Assembly (NCBI RefSeq): GCF_004010195.1 | Contig: NC_057719.1 | Location: forward strand, 15,096,974-15,160,973 | DNA: 64,000 nt | Source: Chiloscyllium plagiosum | Lineage: Eukaryota | Reading direction: 5' to 3' | Notes under the pieces: model-generated | Databases searched by the model: none | The model's input: only the letters and a program-made list of their open reading frames with translations | Told to the model about the DNA's origin: nothing | Shown: positions 11,106 to 23,080 of the stretch, piece after piece | Layout of the letters: every line of letters starts with the position of its first letter | Position numbering within the stretch: the stretch's first letter is position 1 | Made by a program: the position numbers and the translations under genes

Positions 11106-12827
11106 TGATACCGGCTAAAAAAATGATGAGAACCTCATAAAATATCGGAACCTGGACCCCCATCAGTTATGAACAGCTCCAACTATGTGCCAGCACAGGG
11201 ACTGCGGCTTAGTGGGTGGCCATCTTGCATTTGCACTGCAGCTGGTGATGATGAAGTGAAATCTCCCTTCACTCACCGCAGCCACTCGATCATTTCTGCA
11301 CTGCTTTCTCATGAACCCTGGAAAGATAATGTTTTATTGTTAGATCAACTGACAAAGGGGCTACAGTTCATCAGCAAGGAAAAGCAAATCCGAAAAACTC
11401 TACTACAACTTCCACATTGGCCACAATTAATGGGAAAATGTGTAGAATGGTGAGACCAGATGCCCTTAAAAGTACAAAATTTCATTACTAGGACACCTCA
11501 TCGTGACTTAACTATAGGTTAGCTGCGTAGGTTCTTGAATTTGTTGTGGTCTTATTGTTGTCCATTAGCTAGTAATAAGAACATAAGAACTAGGAGCAGG
11601 AGTAGGCCATCTGGCACCTCAAGTAAGACATTCAGTAAGACCATGGCTGATCTTCTGGTGAACTCAGTTCCACTCACCTGCCCAGTCACCATAACCATTA
11701 ATTCCTTTACTGTTCACAATCTATCTATCTCTGCCTTTAAAACAATCAATGAGATAGCCTCAATTGCTTCACTGGACAGAGAATTCCACAGATTCACAAC
11801 CCTTTGGGTGAAGAAGTTCCATCTCAATTTAGTCCTAAATCTGTTCTCTCTTACTTTGAGGCCATGCCCCCTACTTCTAGTTTCAGCTACCAGTGGAAAC
11901 AACCTCCCTGCTTCAATCTTACATATTCCCCTCATAACTTTATAACTTTTCTTCATAACTAATGAAGGACAATATTCCATTTGCCTTCTTAATTACCTGC
12001 TGTACCTGCGAACCAATGTTTTGCGATTCATGAACAAGGTCACCCAGGTCTCCCTGCACACAATGTTGCAAATTTTCACCATTTAAATAATAGTCCATTT
12101 TGCTGTTATTCTTATAGCAAAATGATGACCTCACATTTACCAACATTATACTCCATCTGCCAGGCCCTTTTCCACTCACTTAACCTATTATATGTCTCTG
12201 CAGATTTTCAATGTCCTCTGCACACTTAGTTCTACCAGTCATCTTAGTGTCATCTGCAAACTTTGACACATGACACTTGGTCCCCACTCCAAATTATCGA
12301 TGTAAGTAATTAAGATCACTAAGGCATATCACTAACTACTGATTGCTAACCACAAAAACACCCATTTATCCCTACCCTTTGCTTTCTGTGAGTTAACCAA
12401 TCCTCTAACTATGCTAATACATTACCCGTAACATCATGCACTGTTATCTAATGCAGCAACCTTTGCACAGTGCCTTGTCAAATGTCTCCTAGAAATCCAA
12501 ATACACCAGATCCACTGGTTTGCTGTTGTCCAATGCACTCGGAATGGCCTTATAGAATTCCAGTAAATTAATTAAACATGACCTGACTTTCATGAGGGCA
12601 GTGGTTAGTACTGCTGCCTCACAGCACCAGGGACCTGGTTTCAATTCCACTTTCGGATGACTGTCTGCATGGAGTTTGCACATTCTCCCCGTGGCTGCGT
12701 GAGTTTCCTCCAGGTGGTCCAGTTTCCTTCCACAGTCCAAAGATGTGCAGGTTAGGTGGATTGGCCATGGCTGGAAATGTGTTGCTGGAAAAGCGCAGCA
12801 GGTCAGGCAGCATCCAGGGAACAGGAG

Positions 12828-12863
12828 AATCAACGTTTCGGGCATAAGCCCTTCTTCAGGAAA
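12828..12863 (-). ncRNA. Minimal type-I hammerhead ribozyme motif (cleavage triplet GUU)
   Basis: Minus strand reads uuc-CUGAAGA-A-GGGC-UUAU-GCCC-GAAA-C-GUU-gauu. Core intact, palindromic ACGU stem III, stem I only about 2 bp. Confidence 0.7.
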
Positions 12864-13233
12864 GTACTGGTTGTCCTGGTTGGGTCCAAGTTTTGTTGGT
12901 CGGAATGTAGTCCGGAGTCCGTGCGGGATAAGTCGGTTCCGTAGGCAGGTGCTGAGGAAGGAGATGTGGCTGTGGTAGCGAGTCTGTTTGAGAATGTGGC
13001 TGAAGAGCTTCTGTGCAGAGGAGATGACCTGGGGGGTGCAGTGAGAGAGGGACTCACTGAAATCTTTGTAGAGGGAGGAAGAGAGTTTCTTCAAGGAAGG
13101 CATCCTTGTTAGAGGATTCGCAGTAGGTTGAAATCTTTGAGGAGAAAGTGAGGTCTGCAGATGCTGGAGATCAGAGCTGGAAATGTGTTGCTGGAAAAGC
13201 GCAGCAGGTCAGGCAGCATCCAGGGAACAGGAG

Positions 13234-13267
13234 AATCGACGTTTCGGGCATAAGCCCTTCTTCAGGG
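13234..13267 (-). ncRNA. Minimal type-I hammerhead ribozyme motif (cleavage triplet GUC)
   Basis: Minus strand reads cc-CUGAAGA-A-GGGC-UUAU-GCCC-GAAA-C-GUC-gauu. Core intact, stem I truncated by the insertion junction. Confidence 0.7.
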
Positions 13268-13825
13268 CTTGGCCATGGATTGGCCATGGGAAATGTAGGT
13301 TTACAGGATTAAGATAAAGGGGGAGGAGGGTTTGGTCTGGATGGGATGAGAAAGATCAGAGTGGACCCAATGGGCCAAATGACCTGCTACCACACTACAG
13401 GGATTCCAAGAAACCATGCTGTGTCTACTCAATTTCTATCCAGATGTTTCGCTATTTCTTCCTTAATGATAAATTCAAGTATTTTTCCCACTACAGAAGT
13501 TAGGCTAATGGGCCTATACTTACCTGCCTTTTATCTACCTCCTTTTTCAAACAGTGTTGTCACATTTGCTGTTTTCCAATCTACCAGAACCACCCCAGAA
13601 TCCAGCGAATTTTGGTAAATTACCACAAGTAAGAATATCAGAGTTGTTTTTTTTTGGAAGATGGCCGTTTTTCCTCATAGAACTGGATCTTAAATGCACA
13701 TAAAAGTAATGCCCAAGATTGTAACTAACATGTTTACATAAATGAATGTGGTGAGGAGATTAGCTGTTGGACTATGTATGGAAGTTGGACCATGTAATGA
13801 TCAATGAACGTGAATTACGTGTCAT

Positions 13826-14048
13826 GGGTGGCACAGTGGTTAGCACTGCTGCCTCACAGCGCCAGAGACCCGGGATCAATTCCCGCCTCAGTGCAGGTCA
13901 GGTGAATTGGCCATGCTAAATTGCCCGTAGTGTTAGGTAAGGGGTAAATGTAGGGGTATGGGTGGGTTGCGCTTCGGCGGGGCGGTGTGGACTTGGTGGG
14001 CCGAAGGGCCTGTTTCCACAGTAATCTAATCTAATCTAATCTAATCTA
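13826..14048 (+). mobile_element. HE1 SINE lacking the central V-domain
   Basis: Head ...aattcccgcctca is joined directly to gtgcaggtcaggtgaattggcc; long (taatc)n tail. Confidence 0.93.
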
Positions 14049-14344
14049 CACTTTAGCAGATGTGTTGAGTGCAAATTAGATCTGTTCATCTAAGAACAGT
14101 CTCAATAAGCTCCATAAAATATGTTTGTATTTATGTCAGTGTTGGCATGGTCAAGGACAATGTGCCAAGTCGTGAATTTAGTTTCTTTTGCCCAAACTAT
14201 GTTTAGGGTATATAAAGATTCTGTCCAGCTATCAAACCTCAATGTAGCCACCTTGTAAATGAAGATATATATGCATACAAGGCCCCAGGAAACATCAATC
14301 TGTCTGCCCATCTCAGTATCCCTGTCATGTTCCAATACTGAATT

Positions 14345-14880
14345 CACTTGTTTGATTTGGCTGTTCACAACAAACCCAGAACTGAGTATACCCCTGCTTT
14401 CCTGCACTTGCAAAATGTGCAACACAGTATCTACCTTTAGATGTGCAATTGGACAGCATTTGCTGGATAATCTGAGTGTGTGAAGAATTATTCCAACAAC
14501 CAAGTTAGGATTGGCAGTAGGGCACACTACGTGGTGCATTTGTGTGTAATGGAAAATATATATGTTCTATTCTCTGCAGACACAAAAATATATGGCCATG
14601 CACAATATCTGTTTGAACTCTACATAATAGATAGCAGCCATTCACTGGCTCATTTCTCAGGCAATGCTCTGAAAAATCAAACACAGCCTAGCATTTATCT
14701 GGCCATTAACTTTAACTGGGTGCATTCTGCATGGCAACACATCTGCCTATCAAAGTTAATTACTATAACAATTAGCATTCCCTCCTCATGTTTTTTTTCC
14801 TTGAATTGGCATTCTTGCAAATAATCATGATGAGTTGAAGATGGAAAGCTTCAATAAAATGTGACTTTTCTTCAGCGATA
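14345..14880 (+). mobile_element. Old PLE 3' remnant (endonuclease C-terminus and terminal repeat)
   Basis: AIGQHLLDN...KNYSNNQVRIGSRAHYVVHLCVMENIYV resembles the PLE endonuclease C-terminal SAI..HL....LE..YI region. A decayed tgatgag...gaaagctt hammerhead-like motif lies at about 14828-14851. Confidence 0.65.
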
Positions 14881-15139
14881 CTCATTGTCTGATCTTTGTA
14901 CAACATAAATTTGTTTTATGTGCCATGTCTATTTTTAGGTGAGGTTGTCATATCTCAAGGCATATAATGATATTGCTAGCTGGATACTGCACTTCAAACT
15001 GTACACAGGCAAGTTGACTATTTTAATTATCTCATACTCCATATTCTAATATTGTAACCATTACTATAAAACATTCCATTATTGACTCTTACAATAAAAT
15101 GCTCTTTAAACAATCATTAAAATGTCATTGGCTCACATT

Positions 15140-16855
15140 CATAAGACCATAGGAAATAAGAGCACGAGTAGACCACCTGGCCAGTTGAACCTGAACCACC
15201 ATTCAATAAGATCATGGCTGATCCTATTGTGGACTCAACTGTACTTACCCTGGTGAAGAGCTTATGCCCGAAACATCAACTCTCCTGCTCCTCGGATGCT
15301 GCCTGACCTGCTGTGCTTTTCCAGCAACACACTCTTTAATTCTGATCTCCAGCATCAGCCGTCCTCACTTTCTTCTACTTAGATGCCCACTCACCAAAAC
15401 CCTTAATTCCTTTTCTGTTCAAAACTCTATCTAGCTTTGCCTTAAAAACATTCAACAAGGTAGCCTAAACTAGGCACTGAACCTGAACCACCATTCAATA
15501 AGATCATGGCTGATCCTATTGTGGACTCAACTGTACTTACCCTGGTGAAGAGCTTATGCCCGAAACATCAACTCTCCTGCTCCTCGGATGCAGCCTGACC
15601 TGCTGTGCTTTTCCAGCACCACACTCTTTGATTCTGATCTCCAGCATCAGCCGTCCTCACTTTCTTCTACTTAGATGCCCACTCACCAAAACCCTTAATT
15701 CCTTTACTGTTCAAAACTCTATCTAGCTTTGCCTTAAAAACATTCAACAAGGTAGCCTAAACTAGGCAGAGAATTCCACAGATTTACAACCCTTTGGGTG
15801 AAGAAGTTCCTCCTGAACTCAATCTTAAATCTATTCCTTCTTATTTTGAGGCTATACTCCTTAGTTCTAATTTCACTAGCCAGTGGAAATCACCTTCCTG
15901 CTTCTATTCTATCTGCTCCCTTCATAATTTTATATGTTTCTGTAAGATTTCCACCCTTCATTTTTCTAAATTCCAGTGAGCATAGTACCAGTCTACTCAA
16001 TCTTGCCTCATAAGGCAATCTTCTCAATTCTGGAATCAACCTAGTGAGCCTCCCTCTGCACCCCCCCAGCGTCAGTGCATCCTTTCTCAAGTAGGAAGAT
16101 GAAAGTTCTATACAATACTGCAGGTGTGGCCTCAACAGCACCCTATACAGCTGCAGCATAACCTCCTGCAAATGAACTTTTTGGAATTCATGCAAAAGGG
16201 CACCTATATCCCTCTGCACAGCAGCATGCTGCAAGTTTTCACCATTTAAATAATAGCCATTTAACTGTTATTCCTATCAAAATGGATGACCGCACATTTA
16301 CCAACATTATACTCCAACTGTCAGATCCTTGCTCACTCACTTAACCTATCTGTATCTCTCTGCAGACTTTCAGTGCCCTGTGCAAACATTGCTCTACACT
16401 CAGTTTAGTGTCATCTGCAAACTTTGACACACTACACTTGGTCCCCAACTCTAAATCACCTATGTAAATAGTAAACAATTGCAGTCCCAACACTGATCCC
16501 TGAGGCACACGACTAGCCACTGACTGCTAACTAGAAAAACATCCATTTACCCCCCATGCTTTGCTTTCTGTTAGTTAACCAATCGTCTATCCATGCTAAT
16601 ACATTACCTGAATGCGATGCACTTTTATTTTATGCACCAGCCTTTTGTGCAGTACCTTGTCGAATGCCTTCTGGAAATCAGATACACCATATCCACCAAT
16701 TCTACATTGTCCATCGCGGTCATAATGTCCTCAAAGAGTCAAAGTAGATTAATTAAACATGACCTGCCTTTCATGAACCCATACTGCGCCTCCCCAACGG
16801 GGCAATTTCTATCCAAATGTTTTGCTATTTCTTCCTTGATGATAATTTCAAGCAT
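15140..16855 (-). mobile_element. CR1 ORF2 3' half with PLE repeat fragments and a tandem duplication in the 3' UTR
   Basis: LQLYRVLLRPHLQYC, YKIMKG, DFQKAFDKV motifs on the minus strand. Confidence 0.9.
15186..15768. repeat. 292-bp-period tandem duplication
   Basis: 15186-15476 and 15478-15768 are identical except for about four substitutions. Confidence 0.95.
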
Positions 16856-16959
16856 TGAGGTTCATTGTCTCAAATTCCTACAAAGAAATAAAAATACACG
16901 AGGATTCTTAAACTGTTAGTCAGCTTAAAGGAACAAAGGAAATGACTGCATATCAACTG

Positions 16960-19900
16960 TAGAACATAGTACAAAGAACATAGAAAAGTACAGCACAGAA
17001 CAGGCCCTTTGGCCCACGATGTTGTGCCGCGATTTAATCCTAATGTAAAATATAGTAACCTAACCTACGCACCCCCTCAACTCACTGCTATCCATGTGCA
17101 TGTCCAGCAATCACTTAAATGTCCCCAATGACTCTGCTTCCACCACCACAGCTGGCAACACATTCCATGCATTCACAACTCTCTGCGTAAAGAACCTACC
17201 TCTGATGTCTCCCTCATACCTTTCTCCTAATATCTTCAAACTATGACTCGTCATACCAGTCAATCCTGCCCGGGGGAAAAGACTCTGGCTATTGACTCTT
17301 TCTGGATTAGTGATGCTGGAAGAGCACAGCAGTTCAGGCAGCATCCGAGGAGCAGTAAAATCCCTTCATCAGGAATACAGGCAGACAGCCTGAAGGGTGG
17401 AGAGATTAGTATTGACTCTATCTATTCCTCTCATTATTTTGTATACCTTGATCAGGTCTCCTCTCTTTCTCCTTCTCTCCAGAGAGAAAAGTCCGAGCTT
17501 ATTCAACCTTTCTCCATAAGGCAAGCCCTCCAGTCCAGGCAGCATCCTGGTAAACCTTCTTTGCACCCTCTCCAAAGCCTCTGTATCTTTCATATTGTAG
17601 GGCGACCAGAACTGAACACAATATTCCAAGTGTGGTCTCACCAGGGTCTTGTAGAGCTGCAGCAAAACCTTGTGGCTCTTAAACACGATCCCCCTGTTAA
17701 TGAAAGCCAAAACACCACATGCTTTCTTAACAACCCTATCCACTTGGGTGGCAACTTTGAGGGATCTATGTACTTGCACACCCAGATCCCTCTGTTCCTC
17801 CACACCGTCAAGAATCCTATCTTTGATTCTATATTCAGCATTTCAGTTTGATCTTCCAAAATGCATCACTTCGCATTTATCCAGGTTGAACTCCATCTGC
17901 CATTTCTCAGCCCAGCTCTGCATCCTGTCTATGTCACACTGCAGCCTGCAATAGCCCTCTATGCTATCGACGACGCCTCCAACCCGTGTGTCATCTGCAA
18001 ATTTACTAACCCACCCCTCAACCTCCTCATCCAAGTCATTTATAAAAACTACAAAGAGCAGAGCCCTGCGGGACCCCACTCAACACTATCCTCCAGCAGA
18101 ATACTTCACATCTACAACCACTCTCTGCCTTCTGTCAGCCAGCCAATTCTGAATCCAGATAGCCAAGTCTCCCTGTATCCCATACTTCCTGACTTTATGA
18201 ATGAGCCTACCATGGGGAACCTTATCATATGCCTTGCTGAAGTCCATGTACACCATATCCATTGCTTGACCTTCATCAACCTGTTTTGACACCTCCTAAA
18301 GAACTCAATAAGATCTGTGAGGCATGACCTGCCCCGCACAAAGCCATGCTGACTGCCTTTAATCACACTACGCTTTGCCAAACAGTCATAAATCCTATCT
18401 CTCAGAATTCTTTCCAAAACTTCACTGACCACAGATGTAAGACTGACTGGTCTGTAATTGCCAGGGATTTCCCTATTACCCTTCATGAAAAGAGGAACAA
18501 CATTTGCCTTCTTCCAATCCTCCGGTACAACTCCCATGGAGAGTGAGGAGGCAAATATCCTTGCCAGCGGATTAGCAACCACCTTTCTCCCTTCCCGGAG
18601 CAGCCTAGGATAAATCTGGACTTATCAATTTTAATGTTTTCCAAAATTTCCAGCACATCAACTTCATCAATCTTGATCTGGTCAAGACTGTATCCCAGCT
18701 CCTCTAAGTTTTCATTTACAACAAGTTCCCTTTCCTTGGCGAAAGCGGAAGCAAAAAACTCATTTAGTGCTTCCCCTATCTGCTCAGACTCCACGCACAA
18801 GTTCCCTCCGCTATCCCTGATCGGCCCTACCTTCTCCCTGATCATTCTCTTATTCCTCACGCATGAGTAAAATGCCTTTGGGTTCTCTCTAATTCTTCTT
18901 GCCAAGCCTTTTTCATGCTCCCTCCTGGCTCTCCTCAGTCCATTTCTGAGCTCCTTTCTAGCAAGTCTGTAATCCTCTAAAGTTGTGCTAGATCCTTGCT
19001 TCCTCCACCTTACATAAGCTGCCTTCATCCTTTTGATGAAAAGTTGCTCTGTTCTCATCATCCAAGGTTCCTTAATCTTACCCCTTCTTACCTGTCTCAG
19101 AGGAACAAATTTGTGCATCACTCTCAACAACTGCTCCTTAAACTGTCCCCACATGTCTACTGTGCCCTTTCTGTGGAACAATTGCACCCAGTCTGTACTT
19201 CCCAACTCCTGTCTGATAGCGTCATAATTTCCTTTTCCCCAATTACATATCTTCCCTCGGTAACTGCTCCTTTCACTCTCCAAGGCTATGGTAAATGTAA
19301 GGCAGTTGTGATCACTGTCACCCAGGTGGTCTCACACCACGAGATCTGACACCTGTTCTGGCTCATTGCTAAGCACCAAATCCAAAGTGGTCTCTCCCCT
19401 CGCCAGTCTGTCTATGTACTGAGTAAGGAAACCCTCCTGAACACACCGGACAAAAACAGCTCCATCCAAACCATCTGCACTTAGGAGGTTCCAGTCGATA
19501 CTGGGAAAGTTGAAATCACCCATAACAACAACCTTGCTACTTTTGCATTTTTCCAGAATCTGCTCGCCTGTGAGTCCTTCAATCTCTCTACTGCTATTAG
19601 GGGGTCTGTAGAAAATGTGTGGTGGCTGTTCCCTTACTGTTCCTACCTTCCACCCATACTGACTCAGTAGACAAACCTTCCTCAACAACCTTCGTTTCTG
19701 TAGCTGTGATGCACTCTCTGATTAGCAATGCTACACCCCCTCCTCTTTTTCCACCCTCCCTGTTCTTTTTAAACATTCTAAAACCTGGACCATCAAGCAA
19801 CCATTCCTGCCCCTGTGAAACCCACATCTCTGTTCTGGCCACAACATCATAGCCCCAAATACTGATCCATGCTCCAAGTTCGTCACTCTTATTTTGGACA

Positions 19901-20270
19901 CTCCTTGCATTAAAGCAGACACACTTTAACCGATTCCTTTGTTTCATCGCGTGAGAAACCTTCCTGGTGGATTCAATATATCCTGTCACTGTCCCATCTG
20001 TAACTGACCCCCTCTCAGACATGTGGCTCTGATTCCCACCTCCATGCCAAACTAGTTTAAACGCTCCTGAATCGCACAAGCAAATCTCCCACCCAGGGCA
20101 TTCATGCCCCTCCAGTTCAGGTGCAACCCATCCTTCATGTACAGGTCCCACCTTCCCCAGAAGGTATCCCAATGGTCAAAGTATCTGAAGCCCTTCCTCC
20201 TGCACCAGCCTCGCAGCCACATGTTAAGCTGCATTCGCTGACTGTCCCTCATCTCACTATCTCGTGAGAG
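16960..20270 (-). mobile_element. Near-complete CR1 (HER1-like) LINE: ORF1 C-terminus, APE endonuclease, RT and tail; frameshifted
   Basis: ORF1: WLRGWCRRKGFRYFDHWDTFWGRWDLYMKDGLHLN. APE: CFNARS, GDFNFPSIDW, LDLVL. RT: GNYRPVSLTSVV, DFSKAYDKVPH, SKFADDT. Confidence 0.96.
17304..17409 (-). mobile_element. Short PLE terminal-repeat insertion with about 14-bp TSD
   Basis: gctggaagagcacagcagttcaggcagcatcc...cccttcatcaggaat, flanked by tattgactct(t/a)tct at 17290-17303 and 17410-17423. Confidence 0.8.
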
Positions 20271-20337
20271 GTAATTAAACCTATTCTTCATTTCTCATTC
20301 AATCAGCTAAAAGCACTGAAGGAGATCAAATGGTAGC

Positions 20338-20571
20338 TGGAATAATTCCACAGAGGCCAGTGTCCTATCACCAAGTCACTCCTTATTTACATGTGCATAG
20401 TACTTCACACTGGTCCAGCTTCCTCAGAGCCAGCTTTCAGGTTGAACAGAATCTCTGGCACTCCTGCTTATATATGTCAGCTAGGGCTCCTTGTTTGACC
20501 AAGTTAACAGCCCCAATCAGGGAACTCATATTCTATGAGGTCCACAGGCTGACCTCAGTACAATCACTATA
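20338..20571 (-). mobile_element. Probable solo LTR
   Basis: 234 bp; minus strand T(A)TAGTG...CA ends, a TATA-like tatataag, an AATAA signal, flanks tagc/aagc. A related 3' half lies at about 37730-37855 (+). Confidence 0.55.
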
Positions 20572-22099
20572 AAGCTCGATGGTGTGATATCACATTCAAT
20601 GCCAATTAATGACAATGATATCAATTGCTAATAACTAGAAATGTTGATTTACAGCTAATCAGCTCAATTGATATCAATTAGTAGCTGAAAGGTTTCTAAT
20701 GCGATCAAGCAATGCCTGAAGACTGCTTGTAAGAATGAATGAGACATGTCAAGAATGAATGGTGTGAAATGTTTAAAAAAAGACCAACAGTTTAGATAGA
20801 GAAATGGCATCCAAAGCTGGGCTATTTGCTGACAGTAGAAATGATACCAAGGTCTCTTGCACATAGTAAAAGTGAAGAGCAGCAGACAGAGCGATTGAGC
20901 TCTGCATATTTGGCTGATGGATACCACAGATGTATAAGGATAATGCAAGACATGGCGAGCGTGACATATCATGACAGCAGATCTCCTGCTACGAAAAGCT
21001 TTAAGCTTCAGTAGCAGACCACATCATTCTTCTTATAACCTCGCAAACATTTTTCAATTGCCTTTCAGGTGTACCCTTTCACACAAGTCTCCACCCTCAC
21101 ATACCTCTTTTCACTAACCTAAACCATATCCATTCTCAAGCATAACAATTCAACCCCCATCTCAAACTACCTGCCAGCCCCCTCAACTGGAATGATTTAT
21201 TCAGCTCAGCCAATGATCAAAAACAAAAGACATAGCCAGACTGAGTAAGGTTTTAAATATTGTTTTTGGCCCTCAGAAGCTGTAGGCTGTCTCAAACACT
21301 TCTATCCATTCTGACACAAGGTAATCAACCTGAAAAATTAACCTGGAGATTTTCACACACCATGAGTGCTCCCAACATTTTCTGGGGAAGTGGTTTCAGC
21401 TTTCAGAATCGGCTTTTATTCTGGTTCATGTAAGATACAGCAATCAGCCATTTCATGAAGATATTGGAAGCATGCTGGAAGGTGTTGGCACTTCTTCTTC
21501 AGAGATGAAGCTTCCACCCCGCCTCCCCAAGTGGGGCTTGAGTCTCACTGGGTACAATCTGAAATCATGGTCAGCCAAACCAGAGGTCAAGATTATAACC
21601 ATTGCATTCATTATGCAAAGTGACAGTTCAGTTTATCAGTCAGAAATGTGATAACATGCTAATAATAACAATGAGCATGTTAATTACTATGTCAGAGGTT
21701 ACTAAATTTAGAATTATATTTTATTGTCACGTGTACTCAAATACAGGGATACTTGAGTACAGTGAAAAGTGTACAATGTCACCATTCCCAGCGCCATCTT
21801 AGGTACCTTAGGTACCATGTAGAGAAACAGGAAATATAGTTAAAAGATCAACATTAAAATCCTTCTTAGTATCGATTGGAAAAATAAAGAAATGAATTTA
21901 AATGGTCATGTTTGGCCATGCTAACCTCACATTTCCCACAAGGGCTCAAACTCCTGTGCATTGGGCTTGCTCTTCCCACATTCGATGCTGATACAGATGG
22001 GGGGAGATCTCGGGTGGCCTGGTCTTGATGCAACCGTAGATGTTACGGGCCTCTACCACCGCCATGTTGGGCTTGATCTTTCCCCGCACTATCTCGCTC

Positions 22100-22672
22100 T
22101 CCTCTGCTTTGGGTTTGCTCTTTCACTCTTCCCCACATTGGCTCACTCTCCCTCACATTAGGCTCACTATCTCACTCCCCTCCACACTGGTCCACTCTCC
22201 TCCTCACTGGGTTCATGCTTTTGCTCTCCCCCACGTTGGCTCACTGTCCTCCCTGTTGGCTCATTTTCCTACTCTCAATTGTGCTGGCTCACTCTTCCCA
22301 TGCTCGGCTCACTCTGTCGCTCTCCCCCTCACTCTCTCACTGCCCGCTGCACTGGCTCAGTCTCCTCCACATTGGGCTCGCTCTCCCCCACATTCTCTCA
22401 CTGCCCCCCGCACTGGTTCAGTCTCCCTCACGTTGGGCTTGCTCTCCCCTGCACTGCCTCACTGCCCCCCGCACTGGCTCAGTCCCTCCACATTGGGCTC
22501 ACTCTCCCCCACATTCTCTCACTGCCCCCCGCACTGGTTCAGTCTCTCCACCTTGGGCTCGCTCTCACCCACATTCTCTCACTGCCCCCCGCACTGGTTC
22601 AGTCTCCCCCATGTTGGGCTTGCTCTCCCCTGCACTCCCTCACTGCCCCCGCACTGGCTCAGTCTCTCCACA
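22100..22672. repeat. C-rich minisatellite (about 20-bp subunits forming about 60-bp higher-order units)
   Basis: Recurring ctctcactgccccccgcactgg(t/c)tcagtct...ca(c/t)(a/g)ttgggct units; more homogeneous toward the 3' side. Confidence 0.92.
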
Positions 22673-23080
22673 GAAGGTAAGTAGATTAAAGTAGATTGAA
22701 GGAAGAAAATGATAGTAAAAGCAGATGAGTCCTGGGCAGGAGTCTGCACACTGCGCTGCTCCTCCATCACTATCTTGGAATCTTTCGTCATTTTGCCATT
22801 GAATAGACAGACTTAAAAATTTGCATAATTCTCAACGAAAGAACAAAAACAACCACTCTTAACTTAAACAAGTGGAGGCTTATAACTAAAAGGGTAAAAG
22901 CCAAGTGAAATGTCTACAGGTTACTCCACCTCAATCATCTGATGAATGTCATCTCTGTGCAACAATCAGGAAAGTTTGCTCTAACTACATTACTGGTTGG
23001 ACGTAGGCTGAATCATTGGCTTCAAAATAAGCTGAGTAATTCAGCATTTGAGTCACTGCATTGCTCATAAGGTATGGCTT

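Larger units (their letters stand above)
12770..13267 (-). mobile_element. Young PLE fragment: terminal repeat, ORF N-terminus, second terminal repeat (direct)
   Basis: Two near-identical repeats (12770-12861 and the matching part of 13140-13266) flank MPSLKKLSSS...RYHSHISFLSTCLRNRLIPHGL, a PLE N-terminal H..FL..C....LIP.GL motif. Confidence 0.88.
12596..13410 (+). mobile_element. HE1-related SINE interrupted by a PLE
   Basis: cagtggttagtactgctgcctcacagc head, V-domain and ccacactacagggattc tail; ttggccatgg duplicated at 12761-12770 and 13269-13278. Confidence 0.88.
11575..13625 (-). mobile_element. CR1 ORF2 3' half hosting a nested SINE and PLE
   Basis: TRSRGHGLKV..FFTQRVVNLWNSL, DLVYLDF and GKYRPISLTSVVGK. 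Host split at catga|...|aaccatgctg. Confidence 0.9.

Noticed and set aside
12489..13103. 204-aa ORF as a gene
   Set aside because: Chance read-through of PLE N-terminus, terminal repeat, antisense SINE and CR1 RT.
16960..20270. Active autonomous CR1 (also 37925-41495)
   Set aside because: Multiple frameshifts, deletions, nested insertions and 5' truncation.
22040..22694. Three overlapping long ORFs (133-214 aa) and a CRISPR-like periodicity
   Set aside because: They arise from a stop-poor C-rich minisatellite; there are no unique spacers, no cas genes, and the context is eukaryotic.
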